In this document: piece by piece, positions 34,400-44,945 of the stretch | Layout: each line of letters begins with the position of its first letter | Numbering within the stretch: position 1 is the stretch's first letter | Source of the DNA: an uncultured Patescibacteria group bacterium | GTDB lineage: Bacteria > Patescibacteriota > Microgenomatia > UBA1400 > PJMF01 | Direction of reading: 5' to 3' | Assembly (NCBI GenBank): GCA_905478415.1 | Contig: CAJQIG010000002.1 | Coordinates: 186,699 to 250,698 of the forward strand | Length of the DNA stretch: 64,000 bases | Notes under the pieces: model-generated | What the model saw: the letters and a program-made list of their open reading frames with translations, nothing else | Database searches by the model: none | What the model was told of the DNA's origin: nothing | Translations under genes and position numbers: made by a program

Positions 34400-36508
34400 T
34401 TACTGTTCGGCTGCCGCGAGTTGTTCGAGTTTTTCAAGAGCGGTCTGGTTTTGAGGGTCTATATTTTTGAGAATATACTTAAATTGCTCTCTGGCTTTTT
34501 CTAGTTCGGCACTGTTGATGTAGGCCTCTCCAAGCTGAATTCTGGCAGCGAGGTAGTTCGGCTTGAGTGTAATAGTTTCCTCGAGTAGTGTGCGTCCTTC
34601 ATCCGTGTTGCCCATAGTTGTTTCAACTACTGCCAAGTTGTAAAAAAGTTTGGGATCGTTCGGTGCACGCTCGATGCCAGCTAAGAGTGTGTTTTTTGCC
34701 TCTAGCAACAATTGGGGTTCGAGTTGAGCGAGTGTGATGAACATTCGAGCACGAGTTTTATAGAAATTGAGATGTACTGGGTTAAGGTTGAGGGCGGTGT
34801 CACTCATGGTGATAGCAGTCTGGGCAACCCGAGCTGCCGTAGTAGCTTCATTTTGTTCGGCCAAAGCCACGGCCAATCGAGAGAGCTCGCCAGAGAATGT
34901 ATCGTAAAAGAGCGCTTCATTGGGAGATTTTTGTAGAGCTTCTTCCATTTCAGCAACTCCTGTTTGATAGTTTCCCGATTTGAGTAAGGTTTTTGCTGTT
35001 GAGTAATGCACATCCGCACTCCAGTAGGTATACACTTTTGTGAGCAGGAAGAGGGTGGCTATAGCAGTGATTGTTAAGAAGGTGTATTGACTTCCAATTA
35101 GTTCACTGGTTGTTGCTTTAGTACCTTTTTCTTTTGGCATGAGGATGACTGCACAGGCTCCAAAAAAGACAAACATAGTGAGAGAAACAGCAACAGTTGA
35201 AAAGCCGAAGAAGTTAGAAATACTCAGAGCTCCAACTCCTGTTCCCAGCGCGAGCAGCACTAGTTTTTGTTTTTCAGAGACTTTCGTAGTACCCAGCACT
35301 GTTTTTGCAATGAAGTAAAAAACAGTTCCCAACAAGAAGAGGTAACTACCCAAGCCCGCTATCCCCGATGTAGACAAATAATTCAAAAATTCGTTGTGGG
35401 CTTTGTTGTAGAGAAAATCCCATTCGGAAACAAGGTTATGCTCCTGAGGTCGATCTTTGTAATAACTATACGCAAATGTTTCGACACCTGAACCTAAAAT
35501 AGGGTATCGTTTCCAGATAGCAAGCGCTCCTTGCCAGACAATTTTTCTAATCTCACCTGAATCTGTACCACCAACTTCTAATCTATCTGTTGCCGGTGCA
35601 GTTGTTTCCACGGGTGCTGTGACAGCTGGTTGGAGGAGCTGACTGAGTGAGGGAGTATAAATAGTACCGGTTATTAAGGTGGTTATCCCAATAAAAACAG
35701 TAGTAATTACTATGGGGGACCATTTTTTTAGATCTTCTTCAGACTTTTTGAGTATACTGACAATGGTGTATCCATACATAATCAGCAGTTCGGCAACAAA
35801 TGCTATAAAGCCAGATCGAGATCGGGTGAAGGAAAGCGCTGCTATTGCTAGAACAAGCGTGGTTCGATAGAGAATTTTTTCTAGCAATACTTTTTTATGC
35901 GAAAAACTTTGGATGAGTACCAAGGGAAGCACGAGCACAATAAATGCAGCCATCCAGTTTGGTTGCCCAAACGAGGCATAGACGCGGTTTTGGACATCTT
36001 GAACCCAACAGGCAGTGTTGAATTCCCCAGTCAGGATTGAGCAGCTCAGCGAGTGTCCAAAGTGCTCAAAAATGCCCCAAATTGAGACCAGACTCAAGCT
36101 AGTAAATAAGGCCCCAAAGAGTGGTAAAATTTGTTTTTTTGTAATGTTTGAGACAAAGGCGTAGTACAGTAGTGTATAGCTGAGTGTTGACATGAATCCG
36201 CCATGAAATCGGGAGTAGTAACCCAAAAACGAAGTTCTAGGATGCATCGAAAGGAGTGATGCTAAAAGCTGAATTGTGACAAATAAGAGTAGAGGAAAGT
36301 CAAGAAAAGTGCGTTTAAAAACCCACCTTTTTTCGACAATCATCCGGGCAATCCAGGTTCCAGTAATAAGGACTGTGCCAGCATATACCAGAATCATTTT
36401 ATTGAATTCGAAAAGTTCTGTGGTGATAAATCTAAAGTAGAGAGGAGTTGCCAGAAGTAAAAAGTAAAAGAGGACAAGAATGCTGTTTTGAAATGTTTGG
36501 GGTTTCAT
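34400..36508 (-). CDS. O-antigen ligase/polymerase-like polytopic membrane protein with C-terminal TPR repeats
   Basis: About 12 predicted TM segments with a Wzy_C-like central loop (FTRSRSGF). The C-terminal ~220 aa have TPR-like periodicity. Confidence 0.6.
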   Translation of the reverse strand: MKPQTFQNSILVLFYFLLLATPLYFRFITTELFEFNKMILVYAGTVLITGTWIARMIVEKRWVFKRTFLDFPLLLFVTIQLLASLLSMHPRTSFLGYYSRFHGGFMSTLSYTLLYYAFVSNITKKQILPLFGALFTSLSLVSIWGIFEHFGHSLSCSILTGEFNTACWVQDVQNRVYASFGQPNWMAAFIVLVLPLVLIQSFSHKKVLLEKILYRTTLVLAIAALSFTRSRSGFIAFVAELLIMYGYTIVSILKKSEEDLKKWSPIVITTVFIGITTLITGTIYTPSLSQLLQPAVTAPVETTAPATDRLEVGGTDSGEIRKIVWQGALAIWKRYPILGSGVETFAYSYYKDRPQEHNLVSEWDFLYNKAHNEFLNYLSTSGIAGLGSYLFLLGTVFYFIAKTVLGTTKVSEKQKLVLLALGTGVGALSISNFFGFSTVAVSLTMFVFFGACAVILMPKEKGTKATTSELIGSQYTFLTITAIATLFLLTKVYTYWSADVHYSTAKTLLKSGNYQTGVAEMEEALQKSPNEALFYDTFSGELSRLAVALAEQNEATTAARVAQTAITMSDTALNLNPVHLNFYKTRARMFITLAQLEPQLLLEAKNTLLAGIERAPNDPKLFYNLAVVETTMGNTDEGRTLLEETITLKPNYLAARIQLGEAYINSAELEKAREQFKYILKNIDPQNQTALEKLEQLAAAEQ

Positions 36509-36623
36509 AGCTAGCAGTATACAAGACTCTGTTCAAAATAACACTTAGTTTTCACCTTGTATTCCAAAATAAAACTCTGTACTATTAGTAGTACATAAGT
36601 AATATAGTTTATAGCCTGCCGCC

Positions 36624-37157
36624 ATGAATACAAACTCCTCCTATAGTGACGAATACACTCCACCAGTTAGTGCTGCTACAGCACCAGCGAGTTCTGTTGA
36701 TCCAACTGAGACCAGTGGTAAGCAAAAACTCGAAGATCAAAACATTTTCACTCTTCTGGGAGTGAGTGATGGAAATGAGAGTGAAAAGTCACAATTTTTA
36801 GATCAACTACAACAAGTCATTTGGGAAGATTTTCTTGAGAATGACGTCTCACTCTTAGTCCTTGATTCAGAGCATCAAAAACTTAAAGAGCTTATTGGAG
36901 AAAACACTGCCAGTTTGTCTATTGAGACACAAGAAAAAGTGATTGAGTATCTCGAAGAACTAATTCCTGATTTAGAAGAAATAATGGTCGACAAGGCTAT
37001 TCGACTCAAGGCTGATCTTTTTAGAGAACGCATCGAAAGTATGAAGACTTTATTTGCTGGTGATGCTGCAAAGCTTCAAAAAGTAACTGAAGCTGAGTCG
37101 TTTGTTCAATCTGGAAGTTGGGCTTCTGCAGCTGACGTTCTTAACACGCTCAAGTAA
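36624..37157 (+). CDS. Hypothetical acidic protein
   Basis: 177-aa ORF, helical and acidic. No recognised motifs. Confidence 0.45.
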   Translation: MNTNSSYSDEYTPPVSAATAPASSVDPTETSGKQKLEDQNIFTLLGVSDGNESEKSQFLDQLQQVIWEDFLENDVSLLVLDSEHQKLKELIGENTASLSIETQEKVIEYLEELIPDLEEIMVDKAIRLKADLFRERIESMKTLFAGDAAKLQKVTEAESFVQSGSWASAADVLNTLK

Positions 37158-37257
37158 TTCTCTTTTTTTAATTTTTTAACTTAGTTTTAGACAGGTCATA
37201 TGTTTCTTGGCGTGACTGCCCTTGTACTATCGGGTTTTTTTGATGTATTCTAGCGGC

Positions 37258-38298
37258 ATGAGTAGAGTTGCACAGTTACTATCAACTTTTTCGGGATTTT
37301 CTAAAAACCAACCGTTGTTATTCGATTGCGGATCGACAGTGACGCGAGTGTTTTTTGAGGGCAAGTTGTTAGCCGAAGAGCCAACCTGTATTGCAGTTCA
37401 TGCTGAGTCGGGCTCGACAGTTGCTGTGGGGGCGAAGGCTGTTTCGCTGCTGGGTAAAGTATCAGACAAGTTTCAGGTTGAGTTTCCAATAGCGCACGGT
37501 GAAATTAGCAGTCCGTCTTTACTGCAAAAATTTTTAGAAGTAGTAGTTTCAAAATTTGATACCACTGTGTTTTCAAAAGTAATGGGCTTTCCAGTTGTCC
37601 TAGTGGTGCCAAGCGAACTGTCTCCTGTCCAAAAAACTATTTTTGAAGAGACGTTTAAAAAGGCTGGATTTCGCTCAGTAGTGCTCATTCCCCAAGCTGA
37701 GACATTACTTGAGAAACTAGGTGCGGGTGGAGAACATGAAAGTTTCTGTTACCTTGATTTTGGTGGGCAGAAAAGTGAGTTCGGTATTTTTACTCTCAAC
37801 GAAAAAATTAAAAGTATGACCGTTAGAACCGGTGGTGTTCAGCTGACAGAAATTATTCAGGAGCACATACGCTTAGTGCATAATCTGGAAGTTAGTTGGC
37901 ATGTGGCGGAGCAAGTCAAACGGGAAGCCTGTAGCTTTGTGGGCTTGGTCCCTGGAGGAGGCAGAGTAGCTGCTACTAAAGTAGCAATTAGGGGAAAGGA
38001 TGTGGTGACGCAGGCGGGAAAAACAGTCACGGTTTCATCAGCTGATTTTCTAGAATCATTTGGATTTGTCGTCGAAGAGTTGATTGACGCGCTTCAGTTC
38101 TTTTTTGCAAGTGTTCCGGCTCACTTAGTGGCTTCTTCACTTGAAGATGGCATTTTTATGACGGGAGGAATGAGTCAGATGACCGGTCTGAAAGAGCTGC
38201 TTGAACATACTTTTTCAAGTCCAGTGTACGTACATAAGCATCCAGATTTAGATAGTATTGAGGGACTACATCTTCGAGTAAGTAAGCATGAAATATAA
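37258..38298 (+). CDS. mreB: Divergent MreB-like actin-fold protein
   Basis: Collinear with MreB by eye: FDCGSTVTRV, VVLVVPSELSPVQK, LDFGGQKSEF, MTGGMSQMTGL. Located upstream of mreC-mreD-PBP2. Confidence 0.7.
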   Translation: MSRVAQLLSTFSGFSKNQPLLFDCGSTVTRVFFEGKLLAEEPTCIAVHAESGSTVAVGAKAVSLLGKVSDKFQVEFPIAHGEISSPSLLQKFLEVVVSKFDTTVFSKVMGFPVVLVVPSELSPVQKTIFEETFKKAGFRSVVLIPQAETLLEKLGAGGEHESFCYLDFGGQKSEFGIFTLNEKIKSMTVRTGGVQLTEIIQEHIRLVHNLEVSWHVAEQVKREACSFVGLVPGGGRVAATKVAIRGKDVVTQAGKTVTVSSADFLESFGFVVEELIDALQFFFASVPAHLVASSLEDGIFMTGGMSQMTGLKELLEHTFSSPVYVHKHPDLDSIEGLHLRVSKHEI

Positions 38299-39079
38299 GA
38301 TACTCAGACCAAAAGAAGAACTGTGGGGACACAGAGTCCTGATGGCAGTGATGGTGGTTGGGGCGATGGTTCTCATTTCTATTAGTGGTTGGTATACACC
38401 AATTCAGAATACTTTACTGACAGCCAGTGCTCCCTTTTTGCGAGTGACTTCACGAGTGGTGTCAGTAGCTCTGTTACCGGTTAAGGGTGTATTTTCTGGA
38501 GCAAATTCCCAAGATAAAATCAGACAACTATCTGCAGAGGCTAGTATTTTGCAGGCTCGTATCGCAGAGTTAGAATACGTTGAAAAAGAAAATGAGGCAT
38601 TGAAGAATATTCTTGAAAATTCAGATAGAACTCTCGATGAGATGTATATTGCTTCTCCGATCTTATCACTCTCATATCCAGCAATTGGGGTAGGGGAACG
38701 AGAAGGAGTGTTACCTCAACAAGCGGTGGTGTTATCTGGAACATTAATAGGCACAATTTCCGAGGTGTACCCAACTCAGTCGAAAGTCAGTTTACTCTCA
38801 AGTCAAACGGCATCACCACTGTTAGTGAGGACGGAGACCGGTATTGAAGGAATAATTATTGGAGACGGAAAGAACGTGATTATGCGCCACATCCCCAGAG
38901 AAATTCAGGTTAAAGAGGGGGAGCGTGTTTTTACTATTGGTCAAGAAGGTATTAGAAAAAATATGTTTGTAGGTCGAGTTTCGCAGGTTGTGGCTGAGCC
39001 AAGTTCTCCAACTCAGGAGGCCACTATTTCTCAATACGTTTCATTTTATGATGCGGTACTTGTGGAGGTTTGGCAATGA
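38288..39079 (+). CDS. mreC: Rod shape-determining protein MreC
   Basis: N-terminal TM segment, a coiled coil (LQARIAELEYVEKENEALKN) and a beta-barrel C-domain. Overlaps mreB-like and mreD. Confidence 0.8.
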   Translation: MKYKILRPKEELWGHRVLMAVMVVGAMVLISISGWYTPIQNTLLTASAPFLRVTSRVVSVALLPVKGVFSGANSQDKIRQLSAEASILQARIAELEYVEKENEALKNILENSDRTLDEMYIASPILSLSYPAIGVGEREGVLPQQAVVLSGTLIGTISEVYPTQSKVSLLSSQTASPLLVRTETGIEGIIIGDGKNVIMRHIPREIQVKEGERVFTIGQEGIRKNMFVGRVSQVVAEPSSPTQEATISQYVSFYDAVLVEVWQ

Positions 39080-39561
39080 GGACTGCTTGGCCAAAATCAC
39101 TACTATTAATTATACTTTTGTTTCTGTCTCTCTCTTTTGAGAGAGTCATTGGTGTGCCTCTTATTTCGTTGATAGTATTTTATCATCTTTTTTTTACCGC
39201 CCGTACTTCAGTCCAGGGGATATCGCTGCTTCTTTTTTCATTGTTGGTTGCCGCTCTCTATACTACAGATCCTGTTTTGACAGCCATTTTGATGGTTGGT
39301 TTTTTCCTTGTACTTAAAAGCATTTCGGGCACAATGGGGTCATTACTGAGTTGGCAACTCCTAGCACTTTCTTGTGTTCAAGCAGTGGTTTTGGGGTATT
39401 TGGCCCACTTGGAGATCACGTTCATATCCCTCTTTGCCGGAGTATTACAATTTTTAGTTTCAGTCTTTTTTATTAGGAAAGTGATGTTTAAGGATATTCA
39501 ACAATCATTTACCTGGAAGCAGAAGATTTTTTCTTCTAAAGTGTATGAGAAAACCGTATAA
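39070..39561 (+). CDS. mreD: MreD-like polytopic membrane protein
   Basis: 163 aa with 4-5 TM segments. Positioned between mreC and PBP2. Confidence 0.6.
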   Translation: MAMRTAWPKSLLLIILLFLSLSFERVIGVPLISLIVFYHLFFTARTSVQGISLLLFSLLVAALYTTDPVLTAILMVGFFLVLKSISGTMGSLLSWQLLALSCVQAVVLGYLAHLEITFISLFAGVLQFLVSVFFIRKVMFKDIQQSFTWKQKIFSSKVYEKTV

Positions 39562-41482
39562 TCACACGTATACTCGGCAGATAGCTTTTGTAATTGTAGT
39601 GGTGGGGACTATTTTCGCACTTCTTTTCTTACGATTACTTGATCTACAAGTTGTGCGTGGAGCATTTTTTCGAGCTAAGGCTGATGGAAACAGATTTTAT
39701 ACACGGTACGTACCAGCCGAGCGTGGCGTTTTCTTTGACAGGTTTGGTGAACCACTTGTAGTTAATGTTCCGAAATACTATCTCCTCGAGGATAGAGATT
39801 CCCTGTACAGTCCAAGAAAAGCAATTTCTCACCAAGAAGCTCTAGAAGAAATGAGTAGAAACAGTGATACTGTTGATTTTGAAATTGAACGACACTATCT
39901 TTTCCCAGAATCAACCTCACACATCATGGGATATGTGGGTTCGGTGACAGCTGAAGATTTGGCAAAAAACTCGTCTCTTCCAAGAAATGCCCAGATTGGC
40001 AAGATGGGGCTTGAGAATGTTTTTGACGAAGTAATTCGAGGTACAAGTGGTTCAGTTACGTACGAAATTAATGCGCTTGGGAAAAAACAGCGTACTGTTG
40101 TCACTCAACCAGGATCTCCAGGAGAGAGTATAGAAACATCTTTAGATCCATATCTGTCCGAAGTGGCATTTCGAGCTCTGGGTGATCAAAGGGGAGCAGT
40201 AGTAATCTTGGATGCAGATACAGGTCGAGTACTTTCGTTAGTGAGCGCCCCAACATTTAATTCTTCTGTAATGAGCCGAACTGCTATCGATATTTCTTTG
40301 GAGCGAGCACGCCGTAAGCAAGTGCAGGAATACTTTAGTAATCCTCTACAGCTCTTTTTTAATCGTACGACGGCAGGCGCCTATCCGCCTGGTTCTGTGT
40401 TTAAACTGATCACTGCACTTTCGGGTCTGGAGAAAGGTGTTCTTACTAAAGATACAACTGTTATTGATGAGGGAACACTAGATCTGGGTGAATATAGTTA
40501 TGCCAACTGGTACTTCACTCAATATGGTCGAGTTGAGGGAGAGATTAATCTGGTTCGGTCTATTGCTCGGAGTAATGACATCTTCTTTTATAAAGCTGCT
40601 GAGGCGATTGGTCCGACTCAGTTGGCCGAGGATGCTCACTTATTTGGTTTAGGTGAAAAGACAGGTATTGAACTTCCTGGTGAGGTTACAGGTTTAGTGC
40701 CTACCCCAGAGTGGAAAGAACAAGTAGTTGGTGAAAAATGGTACACAGGTAATACCTTCCACATGGGTATTGGACAGGGGGATGTGTTAGTTTCTCCGAT
40801 TCAACTAGCTGCAGCTATCCAGACTATAGCGAAACGGGGGGCTCACTGCCTTCCTCGAATAACGAGCAGTACTGCTCAAAATACGCAACGCTGTGCCGAG
40901 TTGGGGATTCAAGAAGATCATTTACAGATAGTTGTTGAAGGGATGCTCGATGCTTGTTCTGAAGGAGGCACGGCCTATCCTTTCTTTGCACATAATAAGG
41001 AAGCCCGCAAACCAGAACTAGATCCCTATGCCCAGGTTAAAAGTGGAGGAGTGGCCTGCAAAACGGGAACCTCAGAGTTTGGGGGTGTCGATGAAGAAGG
41101 CTACAGAAATACTCACGCCTGGTTTTCATTGTTTTTTTCTTTGAATCCAGAGATGAAAGCTCGGGCTGAAGCAGTTGAAAGCAAAGATACAATAGTTGAG
41201 GCGGTCGCAACTGGTTCGGGTGAACTTGTGAGTGATGTCCAACAGCCATTCGATACAACTCTGACTCTAAAAAAGAGTGCCGAAGAGTATTCACTTGAGG
41301 AACTCTATCAGCTTTGGAGTCAAAAGATGCTGACAGGGTATCCTAAAAATATAGTGATGGTTGTGCTGATTGAAAGTGACGAAGCAAATCAGTTTAAAGA
41401 GGGGTCTCGAGATGCAGCCCCCGTGGCCAAGAGTGTTTTTGACTGGATGTTAGGAGAAATACCAACGACGGTTACTCCGTAA
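39545..41482 (+). CDS. mrdA: Penicillin-binding protein 2 (elongasome transpeptidase)
   Basis: SVFK (SxxK), RSND (SxN) and KTGT motifs, with an N-terminal TM anchor. Confidence 0.9.
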   Translation: MRKPYNHTYTRQIAFVIVVVGTIFALLFLRLLDLQVVRGAFFRAKADGNRFYTRYVPAERGVFFDRFGEPLVVNVPKYYLLEDRDSLYSPRKAISHQEALEEMSRNSDTVDFEIERHYLFPESTSHIMGYVGSVTAEDLAKNSSLPRNAQIGKMGLENVFDEVIRGTSGSVTYEINALGKKQRTVVTQPGSPGESIETSLDPYLSEVAFRALGDQRGAVVILDADTGRVLSLVSAPTFNSSVMSRTAIDISLERARRKQVQEYFSNPLQLFFNRTTAGAYPPGSVFKLITALSGLEKGVLTKDTTVIDEGTLDLGEYSYANWYFTQYGRVEGEINLVRSIARSNDIFFYKAAEAIGPTQLAEDAHLFGLGEKTGIELPGEVTGLVPTPEWKEQVVGEKWYTGNTFHMGIGQGDVLVSPIQLAAAIQTIAKRGAHCLPRITSSTAQNTQRCAELGIQEDHLQIVVEGMLDACSEGGTAYPFFAHNKEARKPELDPYAQVKSGGVACKTGTSEFGGVDEEGYRNTHAWFSLFFSLNPEMKARAEAVESKDTIVEAVATGSGELVSDVQQPFDTTLTLKKSAEEYSLEELYQLWSQKMLTGYPKNIVMVVLIESDEANQFKEGSRDAAPVAKSVFDWMLGEIPTTVTP

Positions 41483-41516
41483 TCTCTTTGTCAGAAAGAC
41501 AGAGTACTCTGTCAGT

Positions 41517-42641
41517 ATGGATTTTGTTTCTCTAGATTTCCTTTCTTTGCTTGATCAAAAAATCTTGGTTTTCTTTCTTTTAGCTCAAAAGGGGATTGGC
41601 CGACAGCGGGCACGGGCTATTTTATTAGAACTTTCAAAAACACAGATAAAACCCAAAGAGATTCGGAAGTATTTACAACCCCTTTTAATAAAATATAAGT
41701 GTAAAAATATATTTGATAAATCAATTTCATGGAATGAAATAGAGAACTTTTATTACTCAAACAGTGAGGCGTTTTTAGCAAGAGGTGTTTCGGTTGTCTA
41801 TTATAGAGAAAAAGCATTTCCTCATTCATTGCGGTCAATTGCTGACTCACCACTGCTCCTTTTCTATAAAGGTTCTGGTGGATTGTTCTCCCAAAGAGGG
41901 GTGGCTATGGTTGGGACACGAAAGATTACTCCCTATGGGAAACTCGTCACAAAAAAAATCACAGCCGAAGTCGTTGCAGATGGATTTGTGACCATTTCTG
42001 GTTGTATGTATGGTGTTGACGAGCTTGTTCATCGAGAGACGATGAAGTATAGGGGGAAAACGATCGCTGTGCTTGGCTACGGTTTTGATTATTTTTATCC
42101 ATCACAGGCTCAAGCTCTTCAAGAGGCTATTATTGCTGCGGGTGGCACGGTAGTCACAGAATATTTCCCTTGGATAGAGCCTCGGCCAGGTTTCTTTTTA
42201 GATAGGAATCGTTTGATTGCTGGCCTCAGTCAAGCAACTATTGTCCTTGAAGCAGCTGAAAAATCGGGAAGTCATAGAACTGCCGTATCAGCTGCCGAGA
42301 ATGGTCGTCAAGTTTTTGCAGTTCCTGGTCCCATTACTAATCCCTACTCTGAAGGTACTAAATGGCTCATAAATCAGGGGGCACTGTTGATTACCTCAGG
42401 GTTTGAGGTGGCGCAACACTTGGGCGTAGCCTCCTCACCAGTGAGGAGCAGCAACAAAAACCTTTTTGTCGAGGGAGATGCAACCAATTCAGTGATCCAG
42501 GTTTTACAGTCTGGGCCAAGTACGGTAGAGGATCTGGCTTGTAAAACCAGTTTGTCGTTACGCGAAGTATTGCGGACGCTCGGATATATGGAGTTAGATG
42601 GTACACTTGCCAAAGATGGTATACTCTGGTATCTGAAGTAA
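41517..42641 (+). CDS. dprA: DNA processing protein DprA (Smf)
   Basis: GVAMVGTRKITPYG, SGCMYGVDELVH and VVLEAAEKSGS motifs, with a C-terminal winged-helix domain. Confidence 0.9.
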   Translation: MDFVSLDFLSLLDQKILVFFLLAQKGIGRQRARAILLELSKTQIKPKEIRKYLQPLLIKYKCKNIFDKSISWNEIENFYYSNSEAFLARGVSVVYYREKAFPHSLRSIADSPLLLFYKGSGGLFSQRGVAMVGTRKITPYGKLVTKKITAEVVADGFVTISGCMYGVDELVHRETMKYRGKTIAVLGYGFDYFYPSQAQALQEAIIAAGGTVVTEYFPWIEPRPGFFLDRNRLIAGLSQATIVLEAAEKSGSHRTAVSAAENGRQVFAVPGPITNPYSEGTKWLINQGALLITSGFEVAQHLGVASSPVRSSNKNLFVEGDATNSVIQVLQSGPSTVEDLACKTSLSLREVLRTLGYMELDGTLAKDGILWYLK

Positions 42642-42738
42642 CGTGTCAGCTTTTGTCTCTTACAGAACTGTGCGCCTCTTTGATAGAGTAGAAGAACCTG
42701 ATTTTTGATTAAAGTAATACGGAAAGTACAACACTGCC

Positions 42739-44943
42739 ATGCATTTAGTTATTGTTGAGTCACCCACTAAGGCTCGAAAGTTGAGTGGGTATTTGGGAAA
42801 AGAGTTTAGAGTTGAAGCCTCGGTTGGACATGTTCGTGATTTACCAAAAAGTGGCCTCGGGGTTGATGAAGAAACACTGGAGCCAACCTACGAAGTGAAT
42901 GAAGACAAGAAAAAGGTAGTGAGTAACCTCAAGAAACAAGCAAAAGATGCTGAGCTTGTGTATTTGGCAACTGACCCTGACCGAGAAGGTGAAGCAATTG
43001 CTTGGCATATTCAGGCTCTATTGTCGGAGGCGAAGGGGAGTACTAAAAAACCAAGTGATTTTCGTCGAGCAACCTTTCATGAAATTACAAAATCTGCAGT
43101 ATTAAAAGCTATGGAAAAGCCAACTGAGTTGAATATGCATCTCGTAGATGCACAGCAAGCTCGGAGAGTTTTGGACCGTTTGGTGGGATATAAAGTTTCG
43201 CCGGTGCTTTGGAAGAAGATTCGTCGGGGACTCTCTGCAGGTCGAGTTCAGTCGGTGGCCCTCAGGCTTTTAGCAGAGCGTGAGCGAGAAATTGAAGCTT
43301 TTATTCCAGATGAGTATTGGGAAGTGGATGTAGCTCTTGCTAAGGAAACTCAGAAAGCTGAAATTTTTGTCGAAGGCAAAGCGGTGAAAGAAATTCCTGA
43401 AGGAATTTTGATGGGGTCTGTTCAGACAGTGAATGGCAAAAAATTTGCACCAAAAGTGGAGGCAGATGTAGTTGATCTTAAGAAGGTCATCCCGAGTGCT
43501 ACTATGGTTATTTCTGACATAGAAAAGAAAGGTCGCAAACGCAGTAGTTTGCCGCCATTTACAACTTCTTCTTTGCAGCAAAAAGCCGCTACCACCTATG
43601 GCTTTAGTGGTAAAAAAACTATGCAGTTGGCTCAACATTTATATGAAGAAGGTTTAATTACGTATCACAGAACTGATTCATTTAACCTCTCAACTCAGGC
43701 GTTGGATATGGCGCGTGCGCATATTTCAGAAAAGTATGGAGCCGATTATTTACCTGCAACACCCAAACAGTTTGCAACTAAAAGTAAGAATGCACAAGAA
43801 GCTCACGAAGCAATTCGTGTGACTGATATCTCGATTTTTGGTGATGACATTGTAGCCAAGAGTACCAAGTTTACCGCGCAGCATGTGAAGTTGTATTCTC
43901 TGATTTGGAATCGATATGTTGCGAGTCAAATGACGGCTGCTCAGTATGAACAGACAGCTGTCACCGTTGCTTTCACACCGAAAGAAGAGGGAACAGCAGT
44001 GAAAGAAGGTGAAATTAGGGTATCTGGTTCGATTTTGAAGTTTGATGGTTGGACACGCTTGTTTCCAAACAGAGAAGATACTCTCTTGCCAGAAGTTGAA
44101 AAAGGAGATGTCTTACATCATGTTGATAGCCTATTCGCTCAGAAATTTACTCAACCACCAGCTCGATTTAATGATGCCTCACTAATTAAGGAACTGGAAA
44201 AGAGAGGCATTGGTCGTCCAAGTACCTACGCTTCGATTATTTCAGTAGTAGTTGACCGTGGCTATGTTGAGCGTAAAGAAAAGCGTTTCTTTACTAGTCC
44301 GGTAGGATTAACGGTCAGTGATTTTTTAATCGAGAGCTTCCCCGAATTTATGGAGTATGAATTCACCGCTGAGATGGAAGAAGATTTAGATAGAATTGCT
44401 CGAGGAGAGCGCGAATGGAAAAAAGTTGTTGCTAGTTTATATAATCCGCTCAGTAAAAAAATTGCTAAAGTAACTGACACAGCCGAGCGCAAACAAATTC
44501 CTGTCGAAAAAACTGGTGAGGTGTGTCCAGATTGTGGCAAAACTGACCACGGTGAAATTGTGATTCGCACTGGCAGATATGGAAAATTCAAAAGTTGTAG
44601 TCGCTTCCCTGACTGTAAGTTCACAGAAAATATCAGTGAAAAGCTTGAAGATGTTAAATGTCCTTTGTGTCAAAAGGGAGATGTCGTCATCAAAAACTCT
44701 CGATGGGGAAAATCGTTCTTTGGATGTGAGCGATACCCAGAGTGTGATTGGGCTTCATGGAAAAAACCAGAAAAAGGTGAGCTTGTTACAGCGGCCGACT
44801 GGAAAGTAATGCAAGAAAAGCGAGCTGAACGCAAGAAAAAGTGGCTTGAAAGCAGAAAAAAAACTACTGGAGCTAAAAAGCCTGCGGCGAAGAAAAAGCC
44901 AACTAAGAAAAAAGCTGCTGCCAAGAAAAAAACTAAAAAATAG
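42739..44943 (+). CDS. topA: DNA topoisomerase I
   Basis: LVIVESPTKA Toprim domain, DPDREGEAIAWH, ITYHRTDS (catalytic Tyr), C-terminal Zn ribbons (CPDCG, CPLCQ) and a Lys-rich tail. Confidence 0.97.
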   Translation: MHLVIVESPTKARKLSGYLGKEFRVEASVGHVRDLPKSGLGVDEETLEPTYEVNEDKKKVVSNLKKQAKDAELVYLATDPDREGEAIAWHIQALLSEAKGSTKKPSDFRRATFHEITKSAVLKAMEKPTELNMHLVDAQQARRVLDRLVGYKVSPVLWKKIRRGLSAGRVQSVALRLLAEREREIEAFIPDEYWEVDVALAKETQKAEIFVEGKAVKEIPEGILMGSVQTVNGKKFAPKVEADVVDLKKVIPSATMVISDIEKKGRKRSSLPPFTTSSLQQKAATTYGFSGKKTMQLAQHLYEEGLITYHRTDSFNLSTQALDMARAHISEKYGADYLPATPKQFATKSKNAQEAHEAIRVTDISIFGDDIVAKSTKFTAQHVKLYSLIWNRYVASQMTAAQYEQTAVTVAFTPKEEGTAVKEGEIRVSGSILKFDGWTRLFPNREDTLLPEVEKGDVLHHVDSLFAQKFTQPPARFNDASLIKELEKRGIGRPSTYASIISVVVDRGYVERKEKRFFTSPVGLTVSDFLIESFPEFMEYEFTAEMEEDLDRIARGEREWKKVVASLYNPLSKKIAKVTDTAERKQIPVEKTGEVCPDCGKTDHGEIVIRTGRYGKFKSCSRFPDCKFTENISEKLEDVKCPLCQKGDVVIKNSRWGKSFFGCERYPECDWASWKKPEKGELVTAADWKVMQEKRAERKKKWLESRKKTTGAKKPAAKKKPTKKKAAAKKKTKK

Positions 44944-44945
44944 AG

